Assembly: GCF_006345805.1 (NCBI RefSeq)
Contig: NC_043015.1
Span: forward strand, 2,170,001-2,234,000
Direction: 5' to 3'
Length of the DNA: 64,000 bases
Source of the DNA: Octopus sinensis
Taxonomy: Eukaryota
The notes beneath the pieces were generated by a model, which had not been told where the DNA came from, made no database searches, and saw only the letters and a list, made by a program, of their open reading frames with translations. Positions 55,548-64,000 of this stretch are shown here, piece by piece. The position numbers and the translations under genes were made by a program. The first letter of the stretch is position 1; each line of letters starts with the position of its first letter.

Positions 55548-57130
55548 CATCATCATCATCATTATAGGATTCCTTAATATTTCAATGTTTAATAATATGG
55601 AGTGTGAAATCTGTAAAGTTTGTCCCCGTAATAATTGTTGCATTAGGAACAGTGAACAAAGATATGTTGATATTGCCTCTGCTGCTGTTTCCGTTGTTGT
55701 TGTTACTATTATGTAACCATTATGCATCTGTATTTAACAGGAATTTGTCTTGAGATTCGATGATAAATCTCATCTAATCTCAAAGACCCTTCTTAGGATA
55801 CTCTCATAATACTTGATGTCACATGCATGCAGGCCGACAATACATTTCTCAATTCCACCATCCTTCGGTCTCTTAGATATCCGTTTCTCAATATTCTCAA
55901 ATGATTTGGTATCCACTCCATTATCCTGTGATATTGCAAATCGATAATCATACATTCATATATATTTTTCTACTCTACAATCATGTCTGATCTCGTTCTA
56001 TAATACGGTTAATACTTACGTAAATTATTTTTCACTATCAAAACCACCGGTTCATTTTCATGTCATGTTTTCTGTCGTTTTGAAACTACACGCTCGGTTA
56101 TCATGCTAGTGCACACTTATACTGATATAATCATGCCTGTTCTTATATAATTGCTGCATTCATTCAAGAGATGATTAATACTTATCTGATCTTATCAACA
56201 GATTTTGTATACGGTCTCTAACTCAAGTGTATCAATCTCTGCCTTTATTATATTCATAGTATTGTCATGTTCCCGAGCGTGTATATTAGTTATTCAGTTT
56301 CATATGTCAGGTTTCCATCTAATCAGCGACCTTTACTTTGAATACCCCCTGTTTGGTGCATGAATAGGCTATATAATTCCTTCACTTTCCAACTATTTAT
56401 ATTGTGGTTCTGCTATCTGTTTTCTAATTCTAGAGGTTTAACGATTCTTTGAGGCTATAGCACAGAGGTTATATCTTCATCTCCAAGGAAGAAATCAAAT
56501 AGAATGTCGAAAGAACGAATAAATTTCTCAATTGGCACTGGGTCTGAAAATGCCAAATATTTACCAAAATAAGAACATTAGCTTTGAGTATACTGTACTG
56601 GAAAAATATTGTATATAGTTGAACAGAAATTAAATCAAGAAAACTGGATCAGGTACATACAACTAAATAGAGAAATGCGTTAAACAAAATCACTGTATTC
56701 ATATATATTTCACATAGATAGACGATTTTGCATGGTACACGTTGGTGCTCCAACCAATTGAATCTCAACTCCAGAGAGTGATGAATTGGTGAACATTCCG
56801 ATCTTCTACAGATGGTGAATAGTGTGGTTAAAATACAATCATCGATGTACTATCAAAAGTAACTATTTTCTGGCTTGTAGCGGTTGTTTTGCTCCTGATC
56901 AAAGCAAAGTGATAGTATATTAGAAAAGATTAATTAAATGCCCAAAGAAGAAAACTATTAATCCAAGTCATTAAAAAAATATAAAGTAAAAGTGTTTCAC
57001 AAATCACCGATCTGCTAGGTGCCTCGCGACTGTTCTCTGGGTGTAAGGGCTGTAAGCCAAATTGTCAATTATACTGTGACACAAAAAGTTTGTCCGGACG
57101 AGACCATTGCAGTGTTAACTCGTTGATATA

Positions 57131-57766
57131 GAGCAGGCGTGGCTGGGTGTTAAGAAGCTCGTTTTCCAACCACATTGTTTCCAATTCAGTCCCACTGCGT
57201 GTCACCTTGGGTAATTGTCTTGTACTATAGCATCAGGCAGAATGATATCAGGGTAATAAAAAAATTAGAAATTTTTACTACCAGTGGCTCAGCGTGTAGA
57301 AAAATTAGTCAATAAACTATATATTATGCATATAAATACAGTGTACATTTAAACACATAAGAAGTATCCAGCATAGGATTCCTGGCACGCTAGAATGAAT
57401 AGCCAAAATCCAAACCACTATTAGGGATAAACTTCGAAGGGAATGAAACAATGGCTTGGATTTTGGCTATTCCTTCTAGCGTGCCAGGAATCATATGATG
57501 GATATATCTTATGTACACTGTATTTATATGAATAATATATATGCGTGTGTCTTTGTGCCTGTGTTTGTACCACACCATCGCTTAACAACCGATGTTGTTG
57601 TTTTCACGTCCCCGTAACATAGTAGTTCAGCAAAAAGGACTGATAGAATAAGTACTAGGCTTTCAAAGAATAAGTCCTGGGGCCGATTTGTTCGAGTAAA
57701 TCGGTACTTCAGCTAGCCGCAGTCAAATGAATGAAATATGTAACTGGATAAAAGAGTAAAAGTAAA
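57131..57766 (+). mobile_element. SINE family A interrupted by a ~290 bp insert (57241-57530)
   Basis: Head GGCGTGGCTGGGTGTTAAGAAGCTC...GTCACCTTGGGTAATTGTCTTG at 57131-57240; 3' half at 57531-57766. Confidence 0.85.
57329..57530. mobile_element. Fold-back / MITE-like hairpin, ~200 bp
   Basis: 57329-57417 pairs with 57452-57530; TA-CAGTGTACAT...ATGTACACTG-TA near the ends. Confidence 0.8.
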
Positions 57767-57800
57767 GCCAAATAAAACAGCCATAAAAAAAATAATAAAT

Positions 57801-58037
57801 GCGCCCTTTTAAACCTTAACCAGGCTCATGGGCCCGGTTTCCCGGTTTCAATGGTGTATGTGATCCCAGCTAGACGGGACGCCAGTCCATCGCAGCGTTA
57901 CTCATTTTTGTCAGCTGAGTGGACTGGAGCAACGTGAAATGCAGTGTTTTGCTCAAGAACTCAACACGTCGCCCGATCCAGGAATCGAAACCATAATCTT
58001 ACGATCATGATACTGACACCCTAAGCCACGCGCCTCC
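57801..58037 (-). mobile_element. SINE family D (tRNA-derived head)
   Basis: Minus: GGAGGCGCGTGGCTTAGGGTGTC...GGTTTCGATTCCTGG (B-box-like)...CTGCGATGGACTGGCGTCCCG. Confidence 0.82.
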
Positions 58038-59514
58038 ACTAAAGGAGCCATTGCTATAAGAGAAATAAATCATCAACAATTCGGCAGCAGCAGCAAGACT
58101 CACGACTGCAAGAATGGGTACAAAGACACATGCACTAACATCAGGAAAATAAAGAGCGATCCTGAATCTATAAAAAACATCGTCAATATTAGCAACAACA
58201 CTAACATGAATAATATCCCTGACATCCCCAATAAAAACCCTTAAAGAAGACAACAGAGCAAATCATAAAACTCTAATTTTAGTTCACTCAGATATATCTC
58301 GTTGTAAGTGTGACAATGAAGGACAGGGTGAATTCTCCTCGTAAGAATTTAAATAGATTTTGACTGAGGAGAAAATAATTCCTCACAATTCATAATAATT
58401 CTCTTTCGTTTATTCTATGCTATTAACTGTATGTAAATATTCATTATCCTTCAAATATCCATCATTCATTACTCGAGTTCAACTGCTAGAAATTGTGGAC
58501 AAATTATTATCTTTATATAGGTTACGTAATGTTGATAATACCGGAATATTTTACATTATTTCAGGAACTTACTGAGATGTAACTCAAAAACTGATTATAG
58601 AGATCTCTTTATCCTCCTCACCTCTTCTCCATCCAAGCTCTGCTGTCTCTGTGTTTGCTTTAAATACGATAGCTAATATTTCAGTCCCTTGTCGCTTCAC
58701 TCTATCTTACACATGAATAAGAGATTATAGGAAGTATCGAAGCTATCTATTGATATCTTTTTACACGATATCATTAACTTTTGTTCCAAAAACTAATCTA
58801 CATTTTTGTAATACCTTTAATGATACTTAATCTCACTTAATGATAATTAATTTTGATCGGAAACTCCCATTTGGTATTCTAAGTTACCTAATCAATTTAT
58901 ATTCCTCGTCCGATATTGTTCAAAGACTTCACATCCTTGTAATCTATATTCATTACCTGTTTCCGCTTTTTATTCCCTCATTGTTACCCATGAGACATGA
59001 AATAAATGTTTGTATATTTAACCCATTGAAGTCCTCTCTATATAATCTTCCATAGAAATTGGGAATTGCGTATTATGGTAGCATGAAAATGAAACTAATC
59101 AACGACTAGAAGAAAGTAAAAAGAAAATAACACAAATTTTGCTGATTTTGGCATTCTAAAATAAGAACGGGTCTTGATGTAAATATGTCACACATAGAGA
59201 ATTTAATGATAGACGTTATATACTGAATGGATAATTTCAACTTTTGGAGATTTCAAAATATAGAAATATATATACACGGCAAATTACTTTGTGTGTGAAA
59301 ATCACAGAAAAGAAAAAATAAACAATAAAAACCATTGGAGAGAAAAATAAATTTCGGGAGAAACCTATAACGGTATTGAAGAATGAGTAACAAATGAATA
59401 TTATGATAAAACGAGATGAAGAATTTAGATAACGTATTATTGGTGGTAGAATTAAGCATATATCAATAAGGTATATATCAATAAGCACGCACGTATATCT
59501 CTATGCAGATATAT

Positions 59515-59538
59515 CGACATATATATATATGTATGGGT

Positions 59539-59574
<36 letters not shown>

Positions 59575-59909
59575 GTATGTATGTATGTGTGTGTATGTAT
59601 ATATAATATATGTGTGTGTGTGTGTGTATATGCATGTATATATGTATATATATATATATGTATATATATACATGTATGTATATATATATATATATATATG
59701 CATATATATGTGTGTACATATATAATATATATATATGTGTGTGTGTGTGTGTGTATATGCATGTATATATGTATATATAATATATGTATATATATACATG
59801 TATGTATATATATATATATATATGCATATATATGTGTGTACATATATATATATAATATATGTGTGTGTGTGTATGTATATATATGTATATATATATATAT
59901 ATTAATATG

Positions 59910-59954
<45 letters not shown>

Positions 59955-59995
59955 GTATGTATATATAAATATATAGATATGCATATATATATGTG
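59515..59995. repeat. (TA)n/(TG)n compound microsatellite
   Basis: Direct inspection. Confidence 0.95.
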
Positions 59996-60696
59996 TGTCT
60001 ATTCGTCGTAAGACACCCGCTGTTTTTGTCCTGTTTTTACTATTATTGTTTTTTGTATTTTATATTCGTGTGACATCGTCTGTTTTTCTGTTCCTGTTTC
60101 GTATACATTCGATCCTTTTTCCAAGAAATCTGATGCTCGTAGCTTAGTTTTCCTTGGGGCTGGCCGGATCGGAGCAATCACAAAATTGATCAGCCGAAAT
60201 TACGAGGATGATCCGGTTCTTGACTGAAGATTAGAGGCTTCGAATGACCCGTCCGTGTTTTTTGTATCGTCTTCTAAATGTTTTACGTTCTTGTACCAGT
60301 TTGTATTTTTCTACATCTAATATATATATATATATATGACGTTTTGTAACGAAGGAGATTGCTCCGTACAGGGAATGCTTACTTCAGGGCTAAAATCGAC
60401 ATATCTCTTTACATCATAATAGACTGAGTTATCATTATACAGTAAGATATCTACATGAGTTTGTTTGTGTAGCATTTTTGCTTTTAAGCTTCATTGCCCT
60501 ATGTGTCTTCTTCCTCTATATATGTATGTGCGTAAGCGTATTTGTCTTTGGAATTTTGTGCTAAAACAACCAAAATTTAAAGTTTGACAATAGCAACACA
60601 GTAGGTAGTTGTTGGTATCTAGGGCCAATACATATTTTCTTAGTAACTATTACTGTATTAACAGGGGTATAATTATGTAAGTATCATATGTACTTA

Positions 60697-60970
60697 TCGG
60701 GGTCGATATATAAGTACCAGTTACGCACTGGGGTCGATGTAATCGACTTGAACCGTTTGTCTGTCCTTGTTTGTCCCCTCTGTGCTTAGCCCCTTGTGTG
60801 TAGTAAAGAAATAGGTATTTCTTCTGCCGTTACGTTCTGAGTTTAAATTCCGCCGAGGTCGACTTTGCCTTTCATCCTTTCAGGGTCGATTAAATAATTA
60901 CCAGTTAAACACTGGAATCAATGTAACTGACTTAATCCGCTCCTGCAAATTGGAGCTTCCAGGAGAAAGT
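60697..60970 (+). mobile_element. SINE family B, headless, ~1.5 units
   Basis: Contains the same AAAGAAATA|GGTATTTC unit junction as the 42.2 kb array. Confidence 0.9.
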
Positions 60971-60989
60971 ATTATAAATACACACACTC

Positions 60990-61040
<51 letters not shown>

Positions 61041-61114
61041 AATATATATATATATATATAATATATATATATTATATATATATATAATATATATATATCA
61101 ATAATAATGAATAT

Positions 61115-61218
61115 CTTTTCTACTCGAGGCACCAGGCACGAAACTCCGAACGCAGCAAAGGGCGAAGTACTATTAAGCATTTCCTCCAACGTGCTGACGA
61201 TTCTGCCAGCTTGCCACC
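61115..61218 (-). mobile_element. SINE family B, head fused to tail
   Basis: Minus: GGTGGCAAGCTGGCAGAATCGTCAGCACG...GTGCCTCGAGTAGAAAAG. Confidence 0.65.
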
Positions 61219-62436
61219 GTGTATGTATAGTTATGATAAAAACAAGTTTATATAAACCTGAAAGGCTACTCTATCGTTATGTAAGATCACACACACACGC
61301 ACTCACAAGCACCCACTCACACACCTTTCAAAAATGAGAAAAGGGACATTTAACGTTAACCTTATTCAGTTCCACTAATAATTTATATTCCGTCGACGTA
61401 ACGTGACATGGAATTCCGTATTTGTGTTATTTTGTTTACCCGCTATATTATACATTTACTATACTGAATTTCTTTTTAGCCTCAATATGGAATATGTACT
61501 GCTATTGTGTGTTCGCATAAGACGTTACCCGTTTTATGATTGACAATCGGTAGTCGAATACTCTAAATATGCCATACATATCTGAATAACGGCGTGACAA
61601 TGATATCAGAATAAATTGACATACACATAAATACAGACACATACGCACACACACACACACACACCACACACACACATGGAAATATATTTTTGTATAGAAA
61701 AGATAACATCGTAAATATTCATGCATGATATATCTTTCTCCGCACTAACACATTCACACACTTTAGCGTATTTTATTAATCGTGTAACCATGCAAAAAAT
61801 AATTGATGAAAGATGATATGCTTTCTTTTTTTGAGGGTCACTAATATATTTCGTTGCAGTTATTGTCACCTATAATTCTGTAGCTAATCTTTTGATATTT
61901 CTGTATTTTAGACTGAACGACTTTTCTAACGTAGGTGTCATCTATTACAATGTTCATCTTCAATTATCAGATTAATGCCCGGTGTTTGTTGGATCCCTGT
62001 GTGTTGACATTTTCGAAAATGAGGCACATAGTAATTTTGTTGTGAAATATTGTATGTTTGAATTGCTTTCAGGGAACGGTGCTACAAGCTTTTTCTTCAT
62101 TCTTTAGAAATGTGATGGAGAGTCACGCAACTCGTTTCACAAACACAGCGGGGATTTTTACAATGAGATCATCTCCGTATTCGCAAAATGTTCACCGGAT
62201 TAAGGAACGTCCTAGATGGACGACCTTTCTGATTTAGTGGGTTCGTGTCACACATGAAAGGAATACTACCCAAAGGACCCTTTATGTCCTCTGGGTTATA
62301 TAAAAGAAAAGTGATGAGCGTATGGGAAGGCCAACGGGAATATGAAATGCTGAAGTAATATGTTAATGTGTTAACGAATATTTTGTCACGTCTGTATTCA
62401 AAGATTCAATCATTTAGAAAAATATTCATTACATCA

Positions 62437-62510
<74 letters not shown>

Positions 62511-63687
62511 ACGCTGTACATAAAAATTATTATAAGTAATATTAAACCAATTTGTAATAGTCCTGGGTTATCATTAGAAATGCTTCTATAATTATCGATT
62601 CTAAAGTTGCCACAGGGATCAAAATGAAACTTGTTGCTTGTCCCAATCTTCCATTGTTCAGTCAGCGACAAATTGTCGATTACACCAAAGGTTCGTTCAC
62701 ATGCACACAAGTAGAATTATGACGTATATATGACGTGGGTGTAAGTAAAGTAAAAGCAAGTTTGAAACCGACATAATGATATCTTGAGCACGATGTGCTA
62801 GCAGATGTGAACACAGCTTTAAAAGAACAGTTTCTATTTGCATACGTATCATACATAAGCGGCTTTGTCTTATATTTTGTAACTTACGTTGTTTCAAACG
62901 ACGAAATATCAAAACTTAAGAATTACATCTGTTCATTTCGTCACATAGAAGAAAGAAACATTCTTGAAAAACTAGAGCTATACAAAATGCCAATAGCTAT
63001 TCGTCAGAAGAAGAAAAAAAAAGTGCCATAAACGAAATGGCAGTGAATATTGAATACTGGAGACAATGAAATTAATACATAAAGGAATCGAAGACAATAT
63101 CTCCAATTTTGCGTCTGTTTGATTGTCCGTTAAGAATTTAGAGTAAATCATTGCATAATAGAACAACACACGGTCTCAGTTTCCTTACAGGCAATATCCA
63201 ATAGCTCATTATCATTCACGCCAGTATCAAAGAAGCCAGAGAAATCAATAAAAAGAAATAGCTACTAAACATTTGCTTTCAAGTAATGATTATTAAGTCA
63301 AACCGATGTTATCTTCAGACCGTATTGTGTTGAAGTATGATAGTTTTCTAACCAATGTGATTATTCACAAGCATAGTATTAAAGAAATTCTCTGCACTCT
63401 GTAACATTTAAGACGAATCGTATGAAAAGTTAACTTTTACGAATGTAGTTAGGTTGGTGCTTACAACTGAAATACACGAAGCAAATAAAGTTTAATTAAA
63501 TGAATTTCCATTTGTCATAAGGATAAATATTCATTAGTGTTATTGAGAATAGCTGTGCAGGAGGTCAGGTGGACAGATTTGAGATCACAATTTAACAGAA
63601 ATAGACAAAATGGGTACCTCGATTTCCACTGGAGGTGATGAGCTGTTAAGAACGATCAACTGATCTGACTTTAAAATATAGACTTAG

Positions 63688-63746
63688 TTTGCTGCCCAAC
63701 ATCAAAAAGATGTTCAAAAATTCTTCCAGGAATGAAGTCGTGGAAG
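63688..63746 (+). other. Possible exon ending at a consensus donor
   Basis: GGAAG|GTGAGT at 63747; acceptor weak or ambiguous; could be coding or UTR. Confidence 0.25.
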
Positions 63747-63890
63747 GTGAGTTACCTCCTTTCTGTAAAGAGTTTTCTCCTACCCCTTTTCTTATTGATG
63801 TTAGATGTAAAAAAAAATTATATTTAGCGTTTGGCTGGATGGTAATTACACATTTTCCTTCAATGCAAACTGTGTAATTGATCCCAAACA

Positions 63891-63892
<2 letters not shown>

Positions 63893-63981
<89 letters not shown>

Positions 63982-64000
63982 TGTGTGTCTGTGTGTATGG
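63893..64000. repeat. (GT)n microsatellite
   Basis: Direct inspection. Confidence 0.95.

Noticed and set aside
55770-55955. Minus-strand frames with IVGLHAC and EWIPNH motifs
   Set aside because: Short look-alikes of methyltransferase and RNase H motifs in different frames, without the following conserved residues.
62560-63031. SQRQIVDY (papain-like), CERTFGV (Harbinger-like) and a hydrophobic 78 aa ORF
   Set aside because: Motif matches too short, catalytic neighbours absent, no supporting splice structure.
63448-63460. TTAGGTTGGTGC mariner TIR-like start
   Set aside because: Too short, with no partner TIR or transposase sequence.

Overview
Very AT-rich eukaryotic DNA full of (TA)n, (CA)n, (TATC)n, (TTA)n and (TTC)n microsatellites and interspersed repeats. 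The repeat families look like those of an octopus (coleoid cephalopod) genome; this is recognition, not a database result. Most ORF-track entries are translated microsatellites. I found no confidently nameable host gene, no rRNA, no true tRNA and no CRISPR array. Supported content: four tRNA-headed SINE families (labelled A-D here), two mariner derivatives, Penelope-like remnants, a HERO-like LINE fragment, a piggyBac-type MITE, a head-to-head pair of non-autonomous Helitrons and an ~8 kb co-oriented nest of R4/Dong-like LINE fragments plus an unclassified retroposon (E) sitting in (TAA)n arrays. Other points of interest are several long inverted repeats, a SINE with an internally amplified ~183 bp unit, a phase-compatible three-exon candidate on the minus strand, and a ~490 bp tandem duplication that looks like an assembly artefact. 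I saw no compelling new multi-gene system; the interesting signals are repeat architecture.
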